This document shows, one piece after another, positions 19,927 to 31,804 of a stretch of DNA of 64,000 nucleotides. Each line of letters starts with the position of its first letter. Position 1 is the first letter of the stretch. The stretch is from Escherichia coli (GTDB taxonomy: Bacteria; Pseudomonadota; Gammaproteobacteria; Enterobacterales; Enterobacteriaceae), in the NCBI RefSeq assembly GCF_003334405.1, contig NZ_QOWM01000002.1; one strand, written 5' to 3'. Below the pieces are notes generated by a model, which searched no databases, was not told the origin of the DNA, and worked only from the letters and a program-made list of their open reading frames with translations. The position numbers and the translations under genes are program-made.

Positions 19927-21408
19927 TCAGTTACGGAAAGGGTTATGACCGTTACTGGTGGTAGTGCGTGCGGATGTTTGCTGAACGACTGGTGCCGGGC
20001 TATCAGGCGCATAACCATCAGCAATAGCATTCTGTTCCGGCGTTTGCGGTGCAACGTTTTCCGGATTAGTGGAAACCGGTTTGCTCAGCGCATTGTTCAG
20101 TGCCAGCAGATCCTGCTCGTTCAACGTACCCAGAGCTGACTTAATATTCAGCTGATTAATCAGGTAGTTATAACGCGCATTCGCCAGCTCTTGCTTGGCG
20201 TTGTACAACGTGGTGGTCGCATCCAACACATCAACAATGGTACGCGTACCGACCGAGTAGCCCGCTTCCATCGCGTCTAATGAGCTTTGAGCGGAAACTA
20301 CGGCTTGTTTGTAGGCGTTAATGCTACTGATAGATGCATTAATGTTGTTGAAGGAGGAACGCACGGTCTGCACGACGCTACGATGGGCACTTTCCAGTTG
20401 CTCGCTGGCACCGACAAAGTTGTACTGTGCCTGTTTCACCTGCGAGTTAACCATTCCGCCCTGATAAATCGGCAGCGAGAAGCTCAGGCCAACTTTGTTC
20501 TGGCCCATATTGCTATCGTCATACTGGGTACCAGCGGCACCACGGGTTTTCGAACCGCTATAAGAGGTGTCAGAAATCCCGGTAGAAGCCGTTAAATCCA
20601 GAGTCGGTAAGTGACCATCCTGCGCCTGGCGAATTTGCTCGCGCGCCAGGTCCTGGCTCAAGCGTGCCTGTAACAGCGACAGGTTGCGTTTTTCGGCTTC
20701 TTTCAGCAGCGCGTTAACCGGCTGTGGTTTGTCGGTTTTAAAGTTTTCGACATTCAGCGCAGCCAGTTCCGGATAGTAGTTACCGGTGATCTGGCGCAGC
20801 TGCTCTACCGCGTTATCAAGGTTATTACGTGCGGTCACTTCGTTCGCCAGCACGGTATCGTACTGTGCGCGGGCGTTCTGCACGTCGGTGATCGCTACCA
20901 GGCCCACGTTAAAACGTTGGGTGGTTTGATCTAATTGACGGTAGATCGCTTCTTTTTGTGCCTGTGTATAGGAAAGAACGTCAATAGCATTCAACACGTT
21001 GAAATAAGCGGTCGCGGTGTTGAGGATCAAGGTTTGCTGATCGGTCTGATACGTGACGTCCTGAATCCCTGCTGCTTTTTCCTGCAGCGTTAACGCACGC
21101 CATTTCGACATATCAAAAATGGATTGAGTTAACTGCAAGGACGCACTGGTCGCGTTAGAGTTGATGCCGTTCGCGTCGCGGTAGCCGTTGCTATAGGTGT
21201 AATCTGCACCTAAACCTAGCTGTGGCAGTAATGGACTGCGCGCTTCATTAATTTTTTCAAAGGCAGCATCACGATCGGCGGCAGACTTACGCAATTCCGG
21301 GTTACTAAGGCGTGCTTGCTGATAAACTTGCATCAGGTTCTCGGCCTGGCTCAACGAACTGAACCCAGAAAGGCTCAGGCCGATAAGAATGGGGAGCAAT
21401 TTCTTCAT
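19927..21408 (-). CDS. tolC: Outer membrane efflux channel TolC
   Basis: 493-aa ORF from ATG 21408, signal peptide MKKLLPILIGLSLSGFSSLSQA followed by ENLMQVYQQARLSNPELRKS...; track start 21447 is an upstream extension. Confidence 0.95.
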   Translation of the reverse strand: MKKLLPILIGLSLSGFSSLSQAENLMQVYQQARLSNPELRKSAADRDAAFEKINEARSPLLPQLGLGADYTYSNGYRDANGINSNATSASLQLTQSIFDMSKWRALTLQEKAAGIQDVTYQTDQQTLILNTATAYFNVLNAIDVLSYTQAQKEAIYRQLDQTTQRFNVGLVAITDVQNARAQYDTVLANEVTARNNLDNAVEQLRQITGNYYPELAALNVENFKTDKPQPVNALLKEAEKRNLSLLQARLSQDLAREQIRQAQDGHLPTLDLTASTGISDTSYSGSKTRGAAGTQYDDSNMGQNKVGLSFSLPIYQGGMVNSQVKQAQYNFVGASEQLESAHRSVVQTVRSSFNNINASISSINAYKQAVVSAQSSLDAMEAGYSVGTRTIVDVLDATTTLYNAKQELANARYNYLINQLNIKSALGTLNEQDLLALNNALSKPVSTNPENVAPQTPEQNAIADGYAPDSPAPVVQQTSARTTTSNGHNPFRN

Positions 21409-21612
21409 TTGCATTCCTTGTGGTGAAGCAGTATTTAGCGCGATCAAACTGTAAAATTATTGCGGATTCTAGCAGAAGCCGCTACCGCAAAAGGTTGGCG
21501 TTACGTGCCATAGGGCGTTAATGTGCCTCAATTTAACACATGACTGCTCAAACGGCAGTCAAACGTCGCTGAAATTCACATTTAATTCACTATTAGTGCC
21601 AGGACATTAACA

Positions 21613-22242
21613 ATGCTTAAGCCAGACAACCTGCCCGTTACATTTGGCAAAAACGATGTAGAAATTATTGCACGAGAAACACTTTATCGCGGCTTTTTTT
21701 CATTAGATCTTTATAGATTTCGTCATCGTCTATTCAACGGGCAAATGAGTCATGAGGTGCGGCGGGAAATTTTTGAGCGCGGTCACGCCGCAGTCTTGCT
21801 ACCCTTTGACCCAGTGCGTGATGAAGTTGTGCTGATTGAGCAGATTCGGATTGCCGCGTACGACACCAGCGAAACCCCTTGGCTACTGGAGATGGTTGCC
21901 GGGATGATTGAAGAGGGTGAAAGTGTGGAAGATGTTGCCCGTCGCGAAGCGATTGAAGAGGCGGGACTGATAGTCAAACGGACCAAACCGGTGTTAAGTT
22001 TCCTGGCAAGCCCGGGGGGCACCAGTGAGCGTTCGTCAATTATGGTGGGCGAAGTGGACGCCACGACCGCAAGCGGTATTCACGGTCTGGCTGATGAAAA
22101 CGAAGATATTCGCGTTCATGTGGTAAGCCGGGAACAGGCATACCAGTGGGTAGAAGAGGGGAAAATCGACAACGCAGCGTCGGTCATCGCTTTGCAATGG
22201 CTGCAGCTGCATCATCAAGCGTTAAAAAATGAGTGGGCATAA
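21613..22242 (+). CDS. nudF: ADP-ribose pyrophosphatase (Nudix hydrolase)
   Basis: 209-aa ORF with Nudix box [22 protein letters not shown]. Confidence 0.9.
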
Positions 22243-22665
22243 ATGAAGCGTTACACACCTGACTTTCCTGAAATGATGCGCCTGTGCGAGATGAACTTTT
22301 CACAATTGCGCCGTTTGTTACCGCGCAATGACGCACCCGGCGAAACTGTAAGCTATCAGGTGGCAAACGCACAATATCGGCTGACGATTGTGGAATCGAC
22401 CCGATACACTACCCTGGTGACAATAGAACAGACTGCGCCCGCGATCAGTTACTGGAGCCTTCCGTCAATGACGGTGCGTCTGTATCATGACGCGATGGTG
22501 GCTGAAGTGTGTTCAAGCCAGCAGATTTTTCGCTTCAAAGCGCGGTATGATTATCCTAATAAAAAGTTGCATCAACGCGACGAAAAGCATCAAATTAATC
22601 AGTTTTTAGCGGACTGGTTGCGATACTGTTTAGCACATGGAGCGATGGCGATTCCGGTTTATTAG
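22243..22665 (+). CDS. yqiB: DUF1249 family protein YqiB
   Basis: 140-aa ORF; start codon overlaps nudF stop (TAAATG); conserved operon position. Confidence 0.8.
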
Positions 22666-22689
22666 CGTCGTGAAACCTAAGGACACCAT

Positions 22690-23517
22690 TTGGAAAGCCT
22701 GTTAACCCTTCCTCTGGCTGGTGAGGCCAGAGTCAGGATTTTACAAATTACCGACACTCACCTGTTTGCACAAAAGCACGAAGCCCTGTTAGGGGTAAAC
22801 ACCTGGGAGAGTTACCAGGCGGTGCTGGAGGCGATTCGGCCACACCAGCACGAATTCGACCTGATTGTCGCGACAGGTGATTTAGCGCAGGATCAATCCT
22901 CTGCGGCCTATCAGCATTTCGCTGAAGGCATCGCAAGTTTTCGTGCGCCCTGCGTCTGGCTGCCGGGCAACCACGATTTCCAGCCCGCGATGTACAGCGC
23001 GTTACAGGATGCGGGTATCTCCCCGGCGAAGCGCGTGTTTATTGGTGAGCAATGGCAAATCCTGTTGCTGGATAGCCAGGTGTTTGGCGTGCCGCACGGT
23101 GAGCTGAGCGAGTTTCAGCTTGAGTGGCTGGAACGTAAACTGGCCGATGCGCCAGAACGCCATACGTTGCTGCTGCTGCATCATCATCCGCTACCTGCGG
23201 GTTGTAGTTGGCTCGATCAACACAGTCTGCGTAACGCGGGCGAACTGGATACCGTGCTGGCGAAGTTTCCGCACGTCAAATACTTGCTGTGCGGTCATAT
23301 TCATCAGGAGCTGGATCTCGACTGGAATGGTCGCCGCCTGCTGGCAACGCCGTCGACCTGTGTGCAGTTTAAGCCGCACTGTTCCAACTTTACGCTGGAT
23401 ACCATCGCGCCCGGCTGGCGTACTCTCGAGTTACATGCTGATGGCACGCTGACCACCGAGGTGCATCGCCTGGCGGACACACGTTTCCAACCTGATACCG
23501 CTTCAGAAGGCTACTGA
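22690..23517 (+). CDS. cpdA: 3',5'-cyclic AMP phosphodiesterase (metallophosphoesterase)
   Basis: 275-aa ORF; motifs DTHL, GDLAQD, GNHD; track start is a TTG codon. Confidence 0.9.
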   Translation: MESLLTLPLAGEARVRILQITDTHLFAQKHEALLGVNTWESYQAVLEAIRPHQHEFDLIVATGDLAQDQSSAAYQHFAEGIASFRAPCVWLPGNHDFQPAMYSALQDAGISPAKRVFIGEQWQILLLDSQVFGVPHGELSEFQLEWLERKLADAPERHTLLLLHHHPLPAGCSWLDQHSLRNAGELDTVLAKFPHVKYLLCGHIHQELDLDWNGRRLLATPSTCVQFKPHCSNFTLDTIAPGWRTLELHADGTLTTEVHRLADTRFQPDTASEGY

Positions 23518-24098
23518 TGTCTACGCTTCTTTATTTACACGGTTTCAACAGCTCGCCGCGCTCTGCAAAAGCGAGCTTGTTAAAAAACTGGCTGGCGGAA
23601 CATCACCCTGACGTTGAGATGATCATTCCGCAGTTGCCGCCGTATCCTTCCGACGCGGCAGAGCTGCTGGAATCCATTGTCCTGGAACATGGCGGTGATT
23701 CGCTGGGTATTGTCGGTTCGTCACTGGGGGGATATTACGCCACCTGGTTGTCACAATGTTTTATGCTGCCCGCAGTGGTGGTAAACCCGGCGGTGCGCCC
23801 GTTTGAACTGCTGACGGACTATCTCGGTCAGAACGAGAACCCCTACACCGGGCAGCAATATGTGCTAGAGTCACGCCATATTTACGATCTTAAAGTCATG
23901 CAGATTGACCCGCTGGAAGCGCCGGATTTGATCTGGCTGCTGCAACAGACGGGAGATGAAGTGCTGGATTACCGCCAGGCGGTGGCGTACTACGCTTCCT
24001 GCCGCCAGACTGTCATAGAAGGCGGCAACCACGCATTCACGGGCTTCGAAGATTATTTCAACCCGATCGTCGATTTTCTTGGTCTGCACCATCTCTGA
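23517..24098 (+). CDS. yqiA: Esterase YqiA (alpha/beta hydrolase)
   Basis: 193-aa ORF with GXSXG motif (GSSLGG); start overlaps cpdA stop. Confidence 0.85.
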   Translation: MSTLLYLHGFNSSPRSAKASLLKNWLAEHHPDVEMIIPQLPPYPSDAAELLESIVLEHGGDSLGIVGSSLGGYYATWLSQCFMLPAVVVNPAVRPFELLTDYLGQNENPYTGQQYVLESRHIYDLKVMQIDPLEAPDLIWLLQQTGDEVLDYRQAVAYYASCRQTVIEGGNHAFTGFEDYFNPIVDFLGLHHL

Positions 24099-24123
24099 CG
24101 ATCAACTCGAATTACTAACTTAA

Positions 24124-26019
<1,896 letters not shown>

Positions 26020-26030
26020 AGGAAAGAACA

Positions 26031-26056
26031 TTGCCCGGTCAGGATGGCCGGGCAAA
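26031..26056. terminator. Hairpin between convergent parE and ygiN
   Basis: ttgcccgg-tcaggatgg-ccgggcaa stem-loop. Confidence 0.5.
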
Positions 26057-26066
26057 CAAGGCAGGA

Positions 26067-26381
26067 TTAAATCCCTGGCTGCAGAATACGGATATTCATC
26101 TCCAGCACGTCACCTTTTACGGCTTCGCTATACGCCTTCATGTGCGGGGTTTGCAGATGCGCTTCAAGATGCGCGATGCTTTCCCACTGCTCAATCATCA
26201 CGATAGAATCCGGTGCCATAGACTGGAAACTCACGCCAGCTGCGCAATCCACCATTGGCGCATAGCCGTGGCAACCTTCTTCTTTCAGTACGGTTGGAAC
26301 GATTTTAGCAAACTGATCCAATACCGCCTGACGGTGATGTTGACCAGGACGAGTACGGATTTCTGCGATTACGGTAAGCAT
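26067..26381 (-). CDS. ygiN: Quinol monooxygenase (ABM domain)
   Basis: 104-aa ORF MLTVIAEIRTRPGQHHRQAVLDQF... Confidence 0.9.
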   Translation of the reverse strand: MLTVIAEIRTRPGQHHRQAVLDQFAKIVPTVLKEEGCHGYAPMVDCAAGVSFQSMAPDSIVMIEQWESIAHLEAHLQTPHMKAYSEAVKGDVLEMNIRILQPGI

Positions 26382-26411
26382 GGTTAACTCCTTCTAAAGC
26401 CTGAGCTCTAG

Positions 26412-26993
26412 TTAACCAAAAATTTCCACAAGATGCTTGCGATATTCTTCAGTATAGCGGGGAACATCAGGCATTTTTATCACGTCATTAGCGATAAATG
26501 TCGGCAGCGGTTCCATACCGAGGAATTGGTTTGCTTTATGGAACGGCAGATACACACCGTCAACGCCAACGCCGTGGAAGAACTGATCTTTTTCGGTGAA
26601 GGCTTCCATTGGTGCGTTCCAGGTCAGAGAAAGCATATATTTTTTGCCCTGTACCAGGCCGCCGGAACCGTATTTTTTCGACGGATCTTTGCGGGTACGA
26701 CCATCGCTGGCATACAGCGTCCCGTGACCTTCGGTGAATACATCATCAATGTATTTTTTCACTGTCCACGGCGCGCCCATCCACCAGCCTGGCATCTGCC
26801 AGATCACCACATCAGCCCAGAGAAAGTTTTGTACTTCCGCTTTGACATCGTAGTCGCTGTCGGCGCGAACGATGCGGACATCATGCCCAAGGTCGCGCAG
26901 TGTGCCATCCGCGACTTCGGTCAGGGTGTCGTTCAGTTGACCATTGGAGTGGGCGAATTTTTTCGCGCCGTTGATAATCAGGATGTTGCTCAT
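26412..26993 (-). CDS. mdaB: NADPH:quinone oxidoreductase MdaB (flavodoxin-like fold)
   Basis: 193-aa ORF MSNILIINGAKKFAHSNGQLNDTL... Confidence 0.9.
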   Translation of the reverse strand: MSNILIINGAKKFAHSNGQLNDTLTEVADGTLRDLGHDVRIVRADSDYDVKAEVQNFLWADVVIWQMPGWWMGAPWTVKKYIDDVFTEGHGTLYASDGRTRKDPSKKYGSGGLVQGKKYMLSLTWNAPMEAFTEKDQFFHGVGVDGVYLPFHKANQFLGMEPLPTFIANDVIKMPDVPRYTEEYRKHLVEIFG

Positions 26994-27311
26994 TTTTTAA
27001 CCTCAAGGTGAGACGTTTGCCGACTATAGTACGTCACAGAGCGGTACGGTGAAATTAGCAAAATGTGCAAAGTCTTTTGCAAATTTAGCAAAAGTCTGAT
27101 CTTACTCTGACTCACCGATGCAGGATAAATATTTTCTGAAAATGACAATACTGATAGCCATTCCTCATAATTCTTACTCGCACCGGAATAATTTACACGT
27201 TTGGTTCGGTTTTTTTGGGGATTGAAAATATGGCTTTGAATAAGTAAAAGATGAAAGTATCAACGTGTCATGTTGATAATTATAAATGGATTTTTATGAG
27301 CGTACTGATAT

Positions 27312-27644
27312 ATGTTAAAGCAGAAAATTAAAACAATATTTGAAGCATTGCTATATATAATGCTTACTTATTGGTTAATAGATTCTTTTTTTGCTTTCAA
27401 TAAGTATGACTGGATGCTTGAGTCGGGAGGAAATATTTGCAGTATACCTTCCGTTTCAGGCGAAGATCGTATATTGCAAGCAATGATTGCAGCATTTTTT
27501 CTTCTTACGCCACTTATTATTCTTATCTTAAGAAAACTCTTTATGCGGGAAATGTTCGAGTTTTGGGTATATGTATTCTCGCTCGGTATTTGTCTGGTTT
27601 GTGGTTGGTGGCTTTTTTGGGGACGGTTTATATTTTGCTATTAG
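27312..27644 (+). CDS. ygiZ: Small inner membrane protein YgiZ, AT-rich gene
   Basis: 110-aa ORF with 3-4 hydrophobic segments; markedly AT-rich coding sequence and AT-rich upstream region. Confidence 0.7.
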   Translation: MLKQKIKTIFEALLYIMLTYWLIDSFFAFNKYDWMLESGGNICSIPSVSGEDRILQAMIAAFFLLTPLIILILRKLFMREMFEFWVYVFSLGICLVCGWWLFWGRFIFCY

Positions 27645-27689
27645 TAAAATCTATGAGAGTCGTTTTAACGGCTCTCATAGACAGAGAAG

Positions 27690-29039
27690 TTACCAGCTTA
27701 CCTTCGCCTCAAATCCACCTTGTTCCGCATTCCCAAATTCAACATTCATGCCATGCAATTTGGCGATTCGCTGGACAATCGATAGCCCAAGCCCGCTGCC
27801 GGTAGCGGTTTGTCCGGGTGGGCGATAGAAGCGTTCGCCAATTCGCGCCAGTGCCTCTGGTGTCACACCGGGGCCGTTATCCCTCACGATGAAATTATCA
27901 GCATTCAGCGTGACGTCTACCACGCTGCCCTGTGGACTGTAGCGCACGGCGTTATCCAGCAAATTTCGCACCAACAAACTTAGCAATAGCGGTTGCCCGG
28001 TGCGTTTGATGCTGTGGGCATTGAGTGTCAGTCGCACGTCAATTTTCGCCTGCTGCGCCGTGTGGTAAATATCCATCACCGACGATTGCAGGAGATCTTC
28101 AAGCGGGATCTCCGCGACGTCCTGAAGGTTATCCAGTGAGTCCAGCCGCGATAGCGTGAGCAGTTGATCAACCAGACGAGTAGCGCGATCGATCCCGGAA
28201 TGTAATTGGAGCAGTGCTTTTTTCCGCGCCTGCGGATCATCGTCAGAGAGCTGCGCAACTTCGGTTTGCACTTTCAGCGCCGTTAACGGGCTACGAAGTT
28301 CGTGAGCTGCGTCGGAGGTAAAGCGTCGTTCACGAACCATCATCGCATGTGTGCGGGCGAACAGTTGATTTAGCGACTCAACCAGTGGCCGCACTTCGCT
28401 GGGTACGCCAGTCGCGTTTAGTGGTTTTTCCGAGTCAGGGTCACGCATACGTAGTGCCAGCGCCAGTTTGTTCAGCGGCGCGAGTTCACGACCCAGTAGT
28501 ACCATCATGATGATTAACATAATCGGCAGTGCGACCAGCCACGGGATCAATTGCCCGGCAACAATCGCCAGCGCCATGTCTTCACGGTATTCCCATTCCT
28601 GGCCAACAACGATGCGATATTTGCCATCAGGTGAGGTCATCCAGACAAAACGCCAAGGATCGTCTTCACCGACCAGTTGCCCGTCAGCAAAACCTTCCCG
28701 TTGATAGCTATAGGGAATATCTTCTCCGTTATCGCCATCATTAAGGACCATTCTGCCGTCGTGGGTAAAGATGGCAAAGGTCAGCGCATCGTCATCAACA
28801 TGACCGTGTTTTAATCTATTTGGCGTCTGTGCCATGCGATCCGCCGCGTTGATTTCGTTGAGATCGAGCGTACTTAACCGCTTGGCAAACAGCATCAGTT
28901 GGGTGTCGAACAATTCATCGACGTTATCCGTTGTTTGTTTCCAGGCGACAAAGCTGGAAAGCAGCCAGGTCACCGAGGCCAGAATTAAAAAGATTAGCGT
29001 CAGCCTGACGCGCAGACTAAGACGTTGGGTAAATTTCAT
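27690..29039 (-). CDS. qseC: Sensor histidine kinase QseC
   Basis: 449-aa ORF; two TM segments, HisKA H-box (AAHELRSPL), HATPase_c G-boxes. Confidence 0.9.
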   Translation of the reverse strand: MKFTQRLSLRVRLTLIFLILASVTWLLSSFVAWKQTTDNVDELFDTQLMLFAKRLSTLDLNEINAADRMAQTPNRLKHGHVDDDALTFAIFTHDGRMVLNDGDNGEDIPYSYQREGFADGQLVGEDDPWRFVWMTSPDGKYRIVVGQEWEYREDMALAIVAGQLIPWLVALPIMLIIMMVLLGRELAPLNKLALALRMRDPDSEKPLNATGVPSEVRPLVESLNQLFARTHAMMVRERRFTSDAAHELRSPLTALKVQTEVAQLSDDDPQARKKALLQLHSGIDRATRLVDQLLTLSRLDSLDNLQDVAEIPLEDLLQSSVMDIYHTAQQAKIDVRLTLNAHSIKRTGQPLLLSLLVRNLLDNAVRYSPQGSVVDVTLNADNFIVRDNGPGVTPEALARIGERFYRPPGQTATGSGLGLSIVQRIAKLHGMNVEFGNAEQGGFEAKVSW

Positions 29040-29695
29040 TTCTCACCTAATGTGTAACCAATACCATGCACGGTACGAATAAAATCACTACCGAGTTTGC
29101 GTCGCAGATGATGCACATGCACTTCAACGGCATTACTGGTGACCTCTTCGTCCCAGGTATACAGTTTCTCTTCAATCAGTTTGCGCGGCAGTACCCGACC
29201 AGCGTTACGCATCAGTAATTCCAGCAGGGCAAATTCTTTTGGTTTCAGTGTTAAGGGTTCGCCAGCCAGCGTGGCGATACGTTTGCCGGGGTCGAGCATG
29301 ACGTTACCGTGGCGCAGCTCGTTGCTGGCCTGGCCGTTGGTTCGGCGCATCAGAGCTTCCAGCCTGGCGGCGACTTCTATCAACGCAAAAGGTTTACACA
29401 GATAATCGTCAGCTCCCAGACGCAGCCCTTCTACACGTTCCGCCAGCGCATCGCGCGCGGTCAGGATCAGTACCGGCTCACGCTGACCTTTTTCTCGCCA
29501 TTCGCGCAAAATATCGCGACCATCCATGCCTGGTAAGGTTAAATCCAGGATCACCGCATCATAAGGTGCGCTATAAAGCGCCTCTTTTCCCTGACGACCT
29601 TGTGTAAACCAGTCGACGCTAAAACCCATTTTACTAAGGCCCGTTTTGATGCCGTCGCCAATCAGCATGTCATCTTCTATCAGTAAAATTCGCAT
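29036..29695 (-). CDS. qseB: OmpR-family response regulator QseB
   Basis: 219-aa [18 protein letters not shown]..., receiver + winged-helix domains; 4-bp ATGA overlap with qseC. Confidence 0.9.
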   Translation of the reverse strand: MRILLIEDDMLIGDGIKTGLSKMGFSVDWFTQGRQGKEALYSAPYDAVILDLTLPGMDGRDILREWREKGQREPVLILTARDALAERVEGLRLGADDYLCKPFALIEVAARLEALMRRTNGQASNELRHGNVMLDPGKRIATLAGEPLTLKPKEFALLELLMRNAGRVLPRKLIEEKLYTWDEEVTSNAVEVHVHHLRRKLGSDFIRTVHGIGYTLGEK

Positions 29696-29846
29696 TTTTT
29701 CATCCCTGCGATAACCGTATTTGCTGCCAGTAAACCGTGTTGTAACGCGCTCTGTACAGCACTAAATTTTATTTTTTTCCCTTAAGAAGTTGTTAAGGAC
29801 TATCTTGTTAAATGCTCGGAAACAGACATTAAAGGGAGTAATAAAC

Positions 29847-30239
29847 ATGAAAAAATTCGCAGCAGTAATCGCAGTAATGGCCCTGTGCAGCGCACCGGTG
29901 ATGGCAGCAGAGCAGGGCGGTTTTTCTGGCCCATCGGCAACGCAAAGTCAGGCCGGAGGATTCCAGGGGCCGAACGGCAGCGTAACGACTGTAGAAAGCG
30001 CAAAATCCCTGCGTGACGACACCTGGGTAACCCTGCGCGGCAATATCGTTGAACGCATCTCTGACGATCTCTACGTGTTCAAAGATGCCAGCGGTACTAT
30101 CAATGTTGATATCGACCACAAACGCTGGAACGGCGTGACGGTGACGCCGAAAGATACGGTTGAGATTCAGGGTGAAGTCGATAAAGACTGGAATTCTGTT
30201 GAAATTGACGTCAAACAGATCCGCAAAGTAAATCCGTAA
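29847..30239 (+). CDS. ygiW: Periplasmic OB-fold (BOF) stress protein YgiW
   Basis: ~130-aa ORF from ATG 29847 (AGGGAG RBS), signal peptide MKKFAAVIAVMALCSAPVMA; divergent from qseBC. Confidence 0.85.
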   Translation: MKKFAAVIAVMALCSAPVMAAEQGGFSGPSATQSQAGGFQGPNGSVTTVESAKSLRDDTWVTLRGNIVERISDDLYVFKDASGTINVDIDHKRWNGVTVTPKDTVEIQGEVDKDWNSVEIDVKQIRKVNP

Positions 30240-30291
30240 TTGTTACCGCTCCCGGGACGCGTTCCCGGGAATAATTTCGCAGGGAGGCAAA

Positions 30292-30774
30292 ATGACAAAC
30301 CTGACACTGGATGTAAACATTATCGATTTCCCATCAATACCTGTGGCGATGTTGCCGCACCGCTGTAGCCCTGAATTGCTCAACTACAGCGTGGCGAAAT
30401 TTATCATGTGGCGTAAAGAGACGGGGCTTTCTCCTGTTAACCAAAGCCAGACTTTTGGCGTCGCCTGGGACGACCCTGCCACCACCGCACCGGAAGCGTT
30501 TCGCTTTGATATCTGCGGCAGCGTTAGCGAACCGATTCCCGATAATCGTTATGGTGTGAGCAATGGTGAACTTACCGGTGGACGTTATGCCGTGGCCCGC
30601 CACGTTGGCGAGCTGGACGATATTTCACACACGGTATGGGGCATCATTCGCCACTGGCTGCCTGCAAGCGGCGAGAAAATGCGTAAAGCACCGATTCTGT
30701 TTCACTACACCAATCTTGCCGAAGGGGTGACAGAGCAGCGACTGGAAACGGATGTTTATGTGCCGTTGGCGTGA
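30292..30774 (+). CDS. ygiV: GyrI-like / AraC effector-binding-domain protein YgiV
   Basis: 160-aa ORF with AGGGAGG RBS. Confidence 0.8.
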   Translation: MTNLTLDVNIIDFPSIPVAMLPHRCSPELLNYSVAKFIMWRKETGLSPVNQSQTFGVAWDDPATTAPEAFRFDICGSVSEPIPDNRYGVSNGELTGGRYAVARHVGELDDISHTVWGIIRHWLPASGEKMRKAPILFHYTNLAEGVTEQRLETDVYVPLA

Positions 30775-30904
30775 TGCCTGACTCCAGCTTCCCTTATAAA
30801 TTCCTGCTTCAAACTGGCGCTACTAATGCGCCACTTTCTTATATGGTCAATCACTTTCCTTAAAGAATACGTTTTGTGTGGTCACTATCTCCGTACATCT
30901 AACT

Positions 30905-30950
30905 AACCTTTTAGGTGCTTTTTCATTGCTGTAATTAACCTTTTAGGTTA
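30905..30950 (+). promoter_or_regulatory. Two MqsA operator palindromes in the mqsRA promoter
   Basis: taACCTtttAGGTg (30905-30918) and taACCTtttAGGTta (30936-30950), matching the ACCT-N-AGGT MqsA site as recalled. Confidence 0.8.
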
Positions 30951-30978
30951 TAACTAAAGTAACAGGGAGGCGGGGGTT

Positions 30979-31275
30979 ATGGAAAAACGCACACCACATA
31001 CACGTTTGAGTCAGGTTAAAAAACTTGTCAATGCCGGGCAAGTTCGTACAACACGTAGTGCCCTGTTAAATGCAGATGAGTTAGGTTTGGATTTTGATGG
31101 TATGTGTAATGTTATCATTGGATTATCAGAGAGCGACTTTTATAAAAGCATGACCACCTACTCTGATCATACTATCTGGCAGGATGTTTACAGACCCAGG
31201 CTTGTTACAGGCCAGGTTTATCTTAAAATTACGGTAATTCATGACGTACTGATCGTCTCGTTTAAGGAGAAGTAA
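30979..31275 (+). CDS. mqsR: Type II toxin MqsR (mRNA interferase)
   Basis: 98-aa ORF MEKRTPHTRLSQVKKLVNAGQVRTTRSALLNADELGLDF... Confidence 0.95.
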   Translation: MEKRTPHTRLSQVKKLVNAGQVRTTRSALLNADELGLDFDGMCNVIIGLSESDFYKSMTTYSDHTIWQDVYRPRLVTGQVYLKITVIHDVLIVSFKEK

Positions 31276-31276
31276 T

Positions 31277-31672
31277 ATGAAATGTCCGGTTTGCCACCAG
31301 GGAGAAATGGTTTCTGGCATTAAAGATATTCCATACACCTTCCGTGGACGAAAAACAGTATTGAAAGGTATCCACGGTTTATATTGTGTCCATTGCGAAG
31401 AGAGCATCATGAATAAAGAAGAGTCAGATGCTTTCATGGCGCAAGTAAAGGCATTTCGGGCTTCGGTGAATGCCGAAACAGTGGCACCTGAATTTATAGT
31501 GAAGGTTCGAAAAAAGCTCTCTCTTACCCAAAAAGAGGCAAGCGAAATTTTTGGGGGAGGTGTAAATGCGTTTTCGCGTTACGAAAAAGGCAATGCCCAA
31601 CCTCATCCTTCCACAATCAAACTTTTACGTGTTCTGGATAAGCATCCAGAACTATTGAATGAAATCCGTTAA
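31277..31672 (+). CDS. mqsA: Antitoxin and transcriptional regulator MqsA (Zn-binding N-domain + Xre HTH)
   Basis: 131-aa ORF MKCPVCHQGEMVSG...CVHCEES... with two CxxC pairs; 1-bp gap after mqsR. Confidence 0.95.
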   Translation: MKCPVCHQGEMVSGIKDIPYTFRGRKTVLKGIHGLYCVHCEESIMNKEESDAFMAQVKAFRASVNAETVAPEFIVKVRKKLSLTQKEASEIFGGGVNAFSRYEKGNAQPHPSTIKLLRVLDKHPELLNEIR

Positions 31673-31804
31673 TTAATGGAAAAGCGGGGGCAACTCGCTT
31701 TTTTCTTTACCGGAGTGTGAGCCAAATCACTCGCGATAAGTTTGAGCGAACAATGCCACAGGCGTATTGTTGTTGGGCTTATAATTTCTCCGGTAAGGAA
31801 TACC

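Noticed and set aside
27000-27690. Prophage remnant or genomic island at the AT-rich ygiZ locus
   Set aside because: No integrase, tRNA, direct repeats or phage-like ORFs; only a single small membrane gene. Kept as a low-interest compositional observation instead.
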